Assembly: GCF_030758345.1 (NCBI RefSeq)
Contig: NZ_JAVAMO010000007.1
Location: forward strand, 137,127-201,126
Source of the DNA: Ruegeria sp. 2205SS24-7
GTDB taxonomy: Bacteria; Pseudomonadota; Alphaproteobacteria; Rhodobacterales; Rhodobacteraceae
DNA length: 64,000 bases
Reading direction: 5' to 3'
The position numbers and the translations under genes are program-made. Within the stretch, counting starts at the first letter, position 1, and every line of letters begins with the position of its first letter. Below the pieces are notes generated by a model that ran no database searches, was not told where the DNA came from, and saw only the letters and a program-made list of their open reading frames with translations. Below are positions 9,681-18,478 of this stretch, one piece after another.

Positions 9681-10532
9681 CTAACTCTCGTTAATCTTTG
9701 TCGGCCAGCGGGGCTTTCCGTGCTCAGATGCAAGCGGCTCAAGCGTATCAAAAACCACTCCAGAGAAGTGCTCAAAGTGGCTGCGAAAGAAGAAGTGCCC
9801 GCCATCAATGACCTCCAGCCTGAACGGACCGCTGGTTTCGTCACGCCACGGTTGCATGTCTCCAGGACCGACATAGGGGTCGCTGAGACCGGAAAGGGCG
9901 AGAATCGGGATATCAAGGGGCAGCCCAGCGCGGGTCACCGCTTGCCGCGCGATCCGGAAGTCCGCGCGCAGGGATGGTTCCACCAGCGCCTTGAGCTCAT
10001 CGTCCTTCAACACGTCTCCGGGCGTGCCCTCGTACTGTGCGATCAGCTTCCAGAACGCATCCGAATCGAGCGAATCAGCAATTGGGACGCGCGAAGGCAA
10101 GCTCGGGGCGGCGTGCGCGGCGACGATGAGCTGGCGCGGTTGCGGATGCCTGCCCGCGAGCAGCGCGTGCGCAAGAGCCAGCGACATACGCGCGCCCATC
10201 GAATAGCCCAGAAACGCAAATGGGCGATCAAGACAGGGCAGAATTTCGGCCATCAGAGCATTGATTAACACGGGCAGATCGTTGATCGCGGGCTCAAGCA
10301 GGCGGCTTTCCCGGCCGGGTGTCTGGATGGGTTGTATATCAAGCCAGTCCGGGGCGGCCCCGCGGAGAGGCAGGAACTGTGCGGCGCCCCCGCCCGCAAA
10401 GGGTAGAACAAAGAGCCTTGCCGTAGCGGTTGTTGCGATATCGAAATGCGGCAGCCACGCGCTCTTACATGCAATAGTTGCCGCTGCATAAACGGGTGCC
10501 GCGTGCCCATTCTTGTTCGCGATCTTAGTCAA
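9681..10532 (-). CDS. Type II thioesterase (editing TEII of NRPS/PKS, alpha/beta-hydrolase).
   Basis: 283 aa. GxSxG nucleophile elbow GYSMGA. FVLPFAGGGAAQF start is typical of TEII. C-terminal GGHFF His region. Apparent TTG start 4 nt after the PPTase stop, consistent with co-transcription with the PPTase. Confidence 0.8.
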   Translation of the reverse strand: MTKIANKNGHAAPVYAAATIACKSAWLPHFDIATTATARLFVLPFAGGGAAQFLPLRGAAPDWLDIQPIQTPGRESRLLEPAINDLPVLINALMAEILPCLDRPFAFLGYSMGARMSLALAHALLAGRHPQPRQLIVAAHAAPSLPSRVPIADSLDSDAFWKLIAQYEGTPGDVLKDDELKALVEPSLRADFRIARQAVTRAGLPLDIPILALSGLSDPYVGPGDMQPWRDETSGPFRLEVIDGGHFFFRSHFEHFSGVVFDTLEPLASEHGKPRWPTKINES

Positions 10533-10535
10533 AAT

Positions 10536-11300
10536 CTAAGTTTCCTTCCCGGTGTTCCAATCCTTCATACGAACTTCGATTTGGCTCCCGGCAATCGCGA
10601 CATGGGCAATCGCATCGTCGCATGCCGGAACCCGCTGCAAGCACGCCCATTGACCTGCAACGGACACGACCCTCGGGTCCAGGCCACCCAACGCGCCAAG
10701 CTCGATTGAGCGGGGGTCAGTCATAAGGCCGGTCCCCAGCATCTTGAGCACGGCTTCCTTGGCTGTCCAGAGGATCAGGAACCTTTCGGTGGTGATACCC
10801 GCAGCTCTCGCCCGCTCCCATTCACGCTGCGTTGCGATCTGTTGCAGGAGTAGCGCCGGATCATCCCGCGGCGGCAACTCTAGGTCGATGCCGACGGGGC
10901 GCGCCGCAATGGCAAGCCAGATATGTGCGTCCGTATGGGACACGTTGAAGTGGATCGGATGGCCAGGAACCTCCGGCTTTCCCTGAGCCCCAACGGCAAG
11001 CTCCAGTTCATCAATCGGCACGCCAAGATCGGCAGATAGTCGCCGACGCACCCATGTTCGACCGGCGCAATATCGCGCAGCATCATCAGCCCGAACGAAG
11101 CGGGACGCCCTTTGCTGCTCTGCGGTGCTCAGTGAATGAGCGCATTCCAGCAGGTCATCGAATCGCGCCTCGTATATGTCCACCCGTTGCGAGGACCATG
11201 GCTGATCTGATGGTTGTCGCTGCAAGCACTCTTCCCCCTCACGTTGTAAGCTAAGCTGCGGAAGAGATTGGTTCAATTGCAGTAATTCAAGAGCTGCCAT
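10536..11300 (-). CDS. Sfp-type 4'-phosphopantetheinyl transferase.
   Basis: 254 aa. PPTase motifs FNVSHTDAHIWLA (motif 1), VGIDLE (Mg-binding motif 2) and WTAKEAVLK (motif 3). Confidence 0.85.
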   Translation of the reverse strand: MAALELLQLNQSLPQLSLQREGEECLQRQPSDQPWSSQRVDIYEARFDDLLECAHSLSTAEQQRASRFVRADDAARYCAGRTWVRRRLSADLGVPIDELELAVGAQGKPEVPGHPIHFNVSHTDAHIWLAIAARPVGIDLELPPRDDPALLLQQIATQREWERARAAGITTERFLILWTAKEAVLKMLGTGLMTDPRSIELGALGGLDPRVVSVAGQWACLQRVPACDDAIAHVAIAGSQIEVRMKDWNTGKET

Positions 11301-12013
11301 TTAAATCTCAGCGAGAATCGGCAGCATTGCCTAAAACCCCTGCGCGAATCGCCTCAGACAGCAAGCCAAACCGGACCAGCAGGAATGAAGCTCCTATACC
11401 GTTGATAACAAAGGTGATTTATGGGATCGCGCCGCCCAAACCCTATACTCATCCAGTTTCTGGTCAAAAGACGTGTATTTGGGCCACCTGCTTTGAAAAG
11501 GATGTCATGGGAAGCCTTTGCCGCATCGAAACGATTGGCGGTTATCGTTGGTTCACGCAAAGTTTCACGCAGAATGCCCAGTGCAGCAGCGCGACCGATC
11601 AGGGAAATGAGCGGCATCGAATCGGAGCGGAGGCGAATCCAACAACATTCCTTACACGTGGATTGCGTAGCAATGCGCGAGGTTGCCGACCGAAGAAAAT
11701 GACATCGCCGCGAGTGAACACCAAACGGAAAAGTCACCCGAGTTTCCGCTGTGCAGCTATTCTGTGCAAGCGGTCGCTACCGCCATCAACCCATACAGAA
11801 GGTTGATACTTCTTCATTAAATTCCGGCAACTTTAAGTTGACAGATCATGGGTTTGCTAATCTTCTCAACATAACAGCAGGTTTCAAGCAAAGTCTCTAC
11901 CGTAAGTTATATCCGCCGCGACCGATTTAACGACTGCCTGAGGTTTGAGACACAAATGCGCATGTTGGAATGGCCGGCTGAAAGACGCTTTGTTTGCGAG
12001 GGGAGGGCTGGTC
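11301..12013. promoter_or_regulatory. Divergent intergenic control region between the PPTase/TEII genes (minus) and PKS gene 1 (plus). It contains a lower-GC tract, a candidate TTGACA -35 element near 11838 and a GGAGGG RBS 8 nt before the ATG at 12014.
   Basis: ~710 bp with no convincing ORF. The ORFs here in the supplied track have no recognisable domains. There is an AT-richer stretch at 11800-11940, and the sequence aagTTGACAgatc is present. The GAGGGGAGGG purine tract lies immediately upstream of ATG 12014. Confidence 0.4.
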
Positions 12014-15000
12014 ATGACCGATTCCGTTCAGCTCCAGAACAAGCTTCTGGAGTGCGATCTTCGTCAGCTATTGCAGCAGGCCGACCCGGATCGCGGTGTA
12101 CATTACGGAATGCAGGGCGATGCCTATCAGTCTTACGCCCAGCTTGCAGAGTCAGCGGAGCAGATCGCGCTCGGTCTGCTGGCCGAAGGCGTCACAGAAG
12201 GCGATCAGGTCGTCGTGATGATCGGTCCTCCCCAGCGATTTCTGGAATCGTTTTGGGGCTGCGTTCTGGCGGGGGCACAACCGGTTCCGCTGCAGCCAGG
12301 CGCCACAGACGAGGCCGCGCTCAAGGTCCTGCATGTCGCGCAGGTGCTGGTCGCCCCCTGGTTGATATCTGAAACCGGACTGGCCGGGCCGTTTGACAAG
12401 GTTGCGCGGTATCATGGACTTGATGAGGTCCTGTTGTCTCTGCGGGCGAAACAGATGAGCTATCAGGCCCTTGTAGACAGCCCGGCGGACGCCATCCTTC
12501 GCATCAAGCTCAACGCCGTCGGTCTGGATGCCGACAGCACCGCCTTCATCCAGTTCTCGTCCGGTTCAACCGGAGAACCAAAAGGGGTCGTGTTGACTCA
12601 TCGCCGTGTGGTGGCGCATCTGGCGGATCTCGGCGCCAGTTGCGAAGCAACGCGGGACGATGTTTTTCTGAGCTGGTTTCCCCTCACCCATGATATGGGC
12701 ATGGTGCTGATGCACCTTCTGCCACTCGCTTTGGGTGCAAACCAGGTCCAGATCGAAACCAAGTCCTTTGTGCAGCGGCCCCGACGCTGGTTGACGCGCG
12801 CATCGGAATTGAAGGCGACGGTGCTCTGCACCAACAATTTCGGTCTCAAGCACTTTCTGAAGCTAACCGGTGGCAAAGCACCGTTGACAGATGATCTTTC
12901 GCAGGTGCGGCTGATGTTTAACGCCGCCGAACCAATCTCGGCAGAGCTTTGGGAAACGTTCATGGATTTGATCGCCGGCACACATCTGCCGCGCGCAGCG
13001 ATGTATCCCGGTTACGGCCTTGCCGAAGCCACTCTGGCTGTGACCGTCCCAGTGCCCGGTGATGGCCTTCGGACGTTCAGCGCGAGCCGGGCGGCGCTTG
13101 GTCCCGGCGACACCCTGCTGCCACCCAGCAGTCCGCAGGACGCCGTACAACTTGTCGATGTTGGCCGCGCGGTCGAAAACACCTCCCTGCGTATCGCGGG
13201 CTGGGATGACGGGGATCTCGGCGAGAACCGTGTAGGTGAAATCCAGCTGCAAAGCCGCAGTGCGGCGCAGAGTTATCTCAACGCGCCGCGTGCCTCTCTG
13301 TACACTGCAGATGGATGGCTGAAGACGGGTGATCTCGGCGTGTTGCGGGATGGAAGGCTTTTCATCACCGGTCGGATCAAGGAAATGATCACCCTGGGCG
13401 GCGAAAATTTCTACCCGCATGATATCGAGCGCGTCGCTGAAACCGTGCCCGGTGTCGAACTCGGAAAGGTCGTAGCAACCTCGGTCTTCGATCTCGCATC
13501 GCAGGCCGAACAATTGCTGATCTTCCTCTACAGCCGCAGGATCGACGCGGAACTGGCCGGTCTGACCCGCGCCGTGCAGCAGGCGCTGGCCGCTTTGGGT
13601 GGATGGAAGGTCGATCGGGTGATCCCGATAGGTGCCGTGCCCAAAACCTCCAGCGGCAAGATCCGACGTGGCCATCTGGGGCAGCAATATCTAGCAGGTG
13701 CCTACGATGACTCGGTTGCGTCTTTGGAGCAGTTGCAGCGGGCGGCGGCACGCCGCCTCTCCGGGGGCCGGCGGACACGCACCCGGCAGGTGCTGCGCGT
13801 GCTTCAGGCAAGCGCCGCCGAGGTACTGGGCCGGTCGGATCTCGATATCCGAAAGCCATTGGTAGATCAGGGCTTCAACTCCGCCCGTGCGATGGCGCTG
13901 GTTGTGGATGCAGGGCAAACGCTGGGTCGCGACATCCCGGTTGCCTTTCTCTATGACTATCCGACGCTGTTATCGCTGGCCGAGGCCATAAGTCTGGCTA
14001 CCCCGGAACAAACCTCGACCCGAGCTGTAGCGGTTCAGCCCAAGATCACGATAGCTGGTCTGGGCTGCAGGTTTCCCGGCGGAATAGCGACACCTGAGGC
14101 GTTCAGGACTTTCCTGTCCGAAGGCCGTTCCGCCATTGGTCCTCTGCCCGACACCCGCGCGCCCAGGGGCCTGCCGCGCCACAAGCGCCCCGTCGCCGCA
14201 TTTCTCGACGAGATCGACGGCTTCGATCCTGAGCTATTCGGCATCTCCTGGGCCGAGGCGAAAGCAATGGACCCTCAGCAGCGCCTCCTGCTTGAGGTCT
14301 GCTGGGAAGCGCTGGAACGCGCAGGTCTGAGCGGCGCAAAGCGGCGGGCCCACGAAATCGGTGTCTTTGTCGGGATCGGGCCAGGCGAGTATGGGTTAGG
14401 TCACGAGACGACACCAAACCAGCATTCCTACACCGGCACCGCGCCTGCGATCGCAGCAGGCCGGATTGCTTATGCGCTGGGTCTGAGGGGACCGGCGATG
14501 GTTGTCGATACCGCCTGCTCTTCGGCGCTGGTTGCGGTTCATCTCGCGGTCCAGAGCCTCATTGCCGGGGAATGCGATACTGCGATTGCCGCTGGGGTAA
14601 ACCTAATCCTGGGTCCCGATGGCCATGCCAAGCTCGAAGCGGTTTCGGCGCTGTCCCCGACCGGCCAGTGCCGCGCATTCGATGACGAAGCGGATGGCTA
14701 TGTCCGGGGCGAAGGTTGCGGAGCGGTGGTGCTGCGCCTTGCGGATCAACTGTGCGATGGCGAGCCATCGGTGGCGATGATCACCGGCACCGCGCTCAAT
14801 CAGGACGGCCGCAGCGGAGGTCTCACGGTGCCCAGCGGCCCGGCCCAGGGCGCACTGATCAATCACGCGCTCGCCCGCGCCGGTCTGGCCCCGGCAGATA
14901 TCGCCTATATCGAAACGCACGGCACCGGGACACCTCTGGGCGACCCGATCGAAGCAAACGCGCTGACCCGTGTCTTTGGCCCTTCCCGGAGTGCTGGCAA

Positions 15001-18000
15001 ACCGTTGCTCATCGGCTCGGCGAAGACAAATCTCGGCCATCTGGAGGCGGCGGCGGGAATGGTGGGGCTGATCAAGGCGGCGCTTTGCGTCCAGTCCGGC
15101 ACATTGCCAGCAAGCCTGAATCACCGGGTTCCCAACCACCGGATCGATTGGACAAACAAGACATTGGAGGTGGTGACAAAACCCCGCTCATGGCCGGAGA
15201 CTGCTGCGCCGCGGCGCGCCGGTGTTTCGGCCTTCGGCCTGTCGGGCACCAACGCGCATGTGATCGTCGAACAGGCGGAGCGGCAAGCCATCACCGACGC
15301 AGAACCGGAAGAGGTAGGTCCCCTGCCCGTCCTGACCTTTTCCGCCGCCGACCCGCAGGCACTTCGGACCCGGGCCGGGCAACTGACCGACTATCTTGAG
15401 ACGCATCCCGATCTCGATCTGACCCAATTCTGTTCGGCACTGGCGCATAATCAGGCTGATCTGACACACCTGGCCGCTGGTGCAGTGTCGGACATAGCCG
15501 AGGCAGAGACGGCGCTGAGGGCCCTGGCCGAAGATCGCCCCGGCCCGATCAAGACCGGGCGCAAGCGCGGAGATGCATTGCACCAGATCGCCTTTGTGTT
15601 CACCGGCCAGGGCAGTCAATGGGCCGGGATGGGCGTTGATTTGCTGGAGCGCTCGGCCCTCTTCGCCAGCGAGATTGAGCGGATCGACGCACTACTTCTA
15701 CCGCTGACCGGATGGACCGTGCGCGATACGTTGACGAGCCCCGACGCCGCCAACCTTTTGCGCCGGACCGACCGCGCCCAGGCCGCGATTTTTGCGGTGC
15801 AGGCTGCCCTTGTCCGAATGCTCGAAGAACTGGGCCTGACGCCTGATGCCGTCATAGGTCACAGTGTCGGCGAGATTGCCGCTCACTATGCGTCGGGAGT
15901 GCTGTCGCTGGAGGAGTCCGTGCGGCTGGTCGCCCATCGCGGAAAGCTGATGCAGGCAGCGACAGGCCGTGGCCGGATGCTGGCTGTGCCCTTGGGAGAA
16001 GAGGCCATCGCCCCGCATCTCGCCGCCGTCGAGGGGCTGGACCTCGCCGCCGTCAACAGCCCGGATCAAGTGGTGCTGTCAGGCGATCAGCCCTGCATCG
16101 ATACAATGACCGCCCGCCTCAAGAACCGGAACATACCCGGCACCGATCTGGGTGTGGACTACGCGTTCCACGGGCGGCACGTGCAGTCCGAAGCCAAAGC
16201 ACTTGCAGAACAGTTGGGAACACTCTCTCCACTGCCCCCTCTCGCCTCGCTCTATTCCACCGTGACCGGCACCTTGCATCGATCCGAAGACGTGAATGCT
16301 GCATACTGGGCGCAGAACATCGGCGGCACCGTTCGGTTTGCGGAGGCGATGCAGGCCCTTCTCGCTGATGGATGCACTGATATCGTGGAAATCGGACCGC
16401 ATCCCGCGTTGTCATCCGCGATCACGGCCTGCATTGACGCAGCGGGCGGCGGGGCATCTTCCTTTGCCAGTGTTCCGACCTTGCGGCGCAATATGTCAGG
16501 TGCGCGCGCGGTGGCCGATACGCTTGCCTCACTGACCTGCCGTGGCCTCGCACCGAACTGGACACGGCTTTCTGACGAACCCACCGTCCTGACCGATCTG
16601 CCGACATATCCCTGGCAGCACAAGCGGTTCTGGCTTGACGGGTATGATCCGTGGGCCGCTCTGACGGATGGATCCGCGATGGATCAGGGCGCGCTCTACA
16701 CAACCGCTATCCGTCCTCTGACGATGCCGCTGGCTGAGAAGAAGCTGCCACCTCTGACACTCACCCATGGTGAAGGTGACGAACAGGCCGCCGTGCTGGC
16801 CTGTGCGCTTGCAGAACTTGTGGCGACCGAACGCAATTGCCGCATCGTTGCCTTGACAGGTCCGGCTGATGGCGCGCTGGAGGGTGACGGCTGGTTCGTT
16901 CACCTGACCGGGACCGTCTCGCCAGACCGCACATCGCAGGCATTGGCAGATCTCGCCACTGCGATCCAGGCGAGTCTGCCGCACCCTGGCTCACGGCTCT
17001 GGTGTGTGACGTTTGACCCTATGCCGGACAAAGCAAGCCCGGACGCGCTTGAAGCGTTTTCCCGGGTGGCAGCCCGCGAGCATCCCGAACTCAACATCGT
17101 GCGCGCGCGTCTGGCGGGGCAAGCGGATCTGGCCGGGCTGGCCGCTTTGCTGCGCAGTGACATGAGCGATTTCGACGCCGATGAACTGCGGCTTGAAGGG
17201 CCCGGGTTCTTCACCGAAAGGATTGCCCCGGTCGAAGAGGCGAAACCGGCACGCACATGGATGCTGCGGGGTGACGCGAGCTATCTGATCTCCGGTGGTA
17301 CGGGCGGCGTCGGGCTGGCCCTTGCCGAACAGATGCTGGATGCGGGCGCGGGGCAGGTGGTGCTGACCGGGCGCGCGGCACCGGGTGAAGCCGTCCGCAC
17401 CGCGATGCAGCGCCTGAACGCAGAGCAGCGACGATTGGAGGCCGTGGCGGTCGATGCCAGTGATCGCGCCGGGATGAGTGATTTGATCCGACAGCTCAGG
17501 GATGGTGCACTTCCCTTACGCGGCGTGGTCCACGCCGCAGCTGTGCTGCGCGATGGGACAATCCACAGCATGACCTCCGATCTGATCGCCGAGGTCGCAG
17601 CTCCCAAAGTCGCTGGGGGATGGGTTCTACATGATCTGACCCGCGACATCCCGCTCGACTACTTCATCTGCCTGTCTTCGATCGCCACGCTGATCGGCTC
17701 GCCGGGGCAAGGTGCTTATGCCGCGGCGAATGGCGGCCTCGATGCGCTGGCCCGCTTCAGAGCGGCGCAGGAACTGCCGTCGCTGAGCCTGCAGCTTGGT
17801 CCGGTCGCAGATCTGGGAATGATGGCAGAAGGCGAGGCGACGCGGCGCGATCCTGCCGCGCTCGGCCTCGGCACCTTGCAGCCGGACCTGCTGCTTGGTG
17901 GCGTGGAGCAGGCGTGGGAAACCGGTCTTCCGGTCGTTGCACTGGCCGAGTTTGATCCCGCAAAGTGGACGGAATATCTGCCAGATCCCGGCAACCGGGC

Positions 18001-18478
18001 AAGACTGTCCGAACTCGTTGCCACCCAGACTGCGACAGGCGACGTGCGGCCTGCCCCGCCGCAGCAAGCCTCTGCGGGGACAGGCCGGACACAGTTGAAA
18101 CGCATCGCCGCCCTGCCAGCAGTTGAACGGCCACAAGCGCTGATGGCTGAGATCGCCGCCATCATCGAAGCAGTGGATCAGACACCGGCAGATCTGCTCG
18201 ACCCCGACGCCAGCGTGCAGGATCTGGGGATCAGTTCGCTGACCCTTGTGGAATTGCGCAAGGCAATCGAGGCGCGCTTTGCCTGTCCCGTTCCGGTCAC
18301 CAGCTTCTTCGAGTTCCCCACGATCCGCAGCTTCGCCGGACATCTTGTCGAGATGCTGAACTTTGGGGACGAAGCAGCCGAAAACCAGCCAGAAGCGTCC
18401 AAACCGACCATGAAGGCGGGCGAAACGCACCTCACCGCGCGCGACGCGCTGCGCAGCAAACTGGAGAAGTATCGATGA
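12014..18478 (+). CDS. Loading/extension PKS with domain order FAAL (fatty acyl-AMP ligase) - ACP - KS - AT - KR - ACP.
   Basis: FAAL motifs: FIQFSSGSTGEPKGVVLTHRRV and YPGYGLAEATLAV. ACP1: LVDQGFNSARAMAL. KS: IAGLGCRFPGG, DTACSSALVAVHLA, HGTGTPLGDPIE, GHLEAAAG. AT: FVFTGQGSQWAGMG, GHSVGEIAAHYASG, YAFHG. KR Rossmann: YLISGGTGGVGLALAEQ. ACP2: LGISSLTLVELRK. No DH or ER motifs. The start is set at ATG 12014, which has a good RBS, rather than the longest-ORF start at 11945. The stop overlaps the gene 2 start (ATGA at 18475-18478). Confidence 0.9.
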   Translation: MTDSVQLQNKLLECDLRQLLQQADPDRGVHYGMQGDAYQSYAQLAESAEQIALGLLAEGVTEGDQVVVMIGPPQRFLESFWGCVLAGAQPVPLQPGATDEAALKVLHVAQVLVAPWLISETGLAGPFDKVARYHGLDEVLLSLRAKQMSYQALVDSPADAILRIKLNAVGLDADSTAFIQFSSGSTGEPKGVVLTHRRVVAHLADLGASCEATRDDVFLSWFPLTHDMGMVLMHLLPLALGANQVQIETKSFVQRPRRWLTRASELKATVLCTNNFGLKHFLKLTGGKAPLTDDLSQVRLMFNAAEPISAELWETFMDLIAGTHLPRAAMYPGYGLAEATLAVTVPVPGDGLRTFSASRAALGPGDTLLPPSSPQDAVQLVDVGRAVENTSLRIAGWDDGDLGENRVGEIQLQSRSAAQSYLNAPRASLYTADGWLKTGDLGVLRDGRLFITGRIKEMITLGGENFYPHDIERVAETVPGVELGKVVATSVFDLASQAEQLLIFLYSRRIDAELAGLTRAVQQALAALGGWKVDRVIPIGAVPKTSSGKIRRGHLGQQYLAGAYDDSVASLEQLQRAAARRLSGGRRTRTRQVLRVLQASAAEVLGRSDLDIRKPLVDQGFNSARAMALVVDAGQTLGRDIPVAFLYDYPTLLSLAEAISLATPEQTSTRAVAVQPKITIAGLGCRFPGGIATPEAFRTFLSEGRSAIGPLPDTRAPRGLPRHKRPVAAFLDEIDGFDPELFGISWAEAKAMDPQQRLLLEVCWEALERAGLSGAKRRAHEIGVFVGIGPGEYGLGHETTPNQHSYTGTAPAIAAGRIAYALGLRGPAMVVDTACSSALVAVHLAVQSLIAGECDTAIAAGVNLILGPDGHAKLEAVSALSPTGQCRAFDDEADGYVRGEGCGAVVLRLADQLCDGEPSVAMITGTALNQDGRSGGLTVPSGPAQGALINHALARAGLAPADIAYIETHGTGTPLGDPIEANALTRVFGPSRSAGKPLLIGSAKTNLGHLEAAAGMVGLIKAALCVQSGTLPASLNHRVPNHRIDWTNKTLEVVTKPRSWPETAAPRRAGVSAFGLSGTNAHVIVEQAERQAITDAEPEEVGPLPVLTFSAADPQALRTRAGQLTDYLETHPDLDLTQFCSALAHNQADLTHLAAGAVSDIAEAETALRALAEDRPGPIKTGRKRGDALHQIAFVFTGQGSQWAGMGVDLLERSALFASEIERIDALLLPLTGWTVRDTLTSPDAANLLRRTDRAQAAIFAVQAALVRMLEELGLTPDAVIGHSVGEIAAHYASGVLSLEESVRLVAHRGKLMQAATGRGRMLAVPLGEEAIAPHLAAVEGLDLAAVNSPDQVVLSGDQPCIDTMTARLKNRNIPGTDLGVDYAFHGRHVQSEAKALAEQLGTLSPLPPLASLYSTVTGTLHRSEDVNAAYWAQNIGGTVRFAEAMQALLADGCTDIVEIGPHPALSSAITACIDAAGGGASSFASVPTLRRNMSGARAVADTLASLTCRGLAPNWTRLSDEPTVLTDLPTYPWQHKRFWLDGYDPWAALTDGSAMDQGALYTTAIRPLTMPLAEKKLPPLTLTHGEGDEQAAVLACALAELVATERNCRIVALTGPADGALEGDGWFVHLTGTVSPDRTSQALADLATAIQASLPHPGSRLWCVTFDPMPDKASPDALEAFSRVAAREHPELNIVRARLAGQADLAGLAALLRSDMSDFDADELRLEGPGFFTERIAPVEEAKPARTWMLRGDASYLISGGTGGVGLALAEQMLDAGAGQVVLTGRAAPGEAVRTAMQRLNAEQRRLEAVAVDASDRAGMSDLIRQLRDGALPLRGVVHAAAVLRDGTIHSMTSDLIAEVAAPKVAGGWVLHDLTRDIPLDYFICLSSIATLIGSPGQGAYAAANGGLDALARFRAAQELPSLSLQLGPVADLGMMAEGEATRRDPAALGLGTLQPDLLLGGVEQAWETGLPVVALAEFDPAKWTEYLPDPGNRARLSELVATQTATGDVRPAPPQQASAGTGRTQLKRIAALPAVERPQALMAEIAAIIEAVDQTPADLLDPDASVQDLGISSLTLVELRKAIEARFACPVPVTSFFEFPTIRSFAGHLVEMLNFGDEAAENQPEASKPTMKAGETHLTARDALRSKLEKYR

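Noticed and set aside
11327-11806. 159 aa plus-strand ORF, plus overlapping 127 aa and 93 aa ORFs in the PPTase/PKS intergenic region
   Set aside because: No domain signatures and low-complexity basic composition. They sit in a lower-GC divergent promoter region. This is more likely non-coding regulatory DNA.
11945-12013. Longest-ORF start (MRHKCACWNGRL...) for PKS gene 1
   Set aside because: It is not preceded by an RBS. The ATG at 12014 has a GGAGGG Shine-Dalgarno at the right spacing and gives a typical FAAL N-terminus, so the start was moved.
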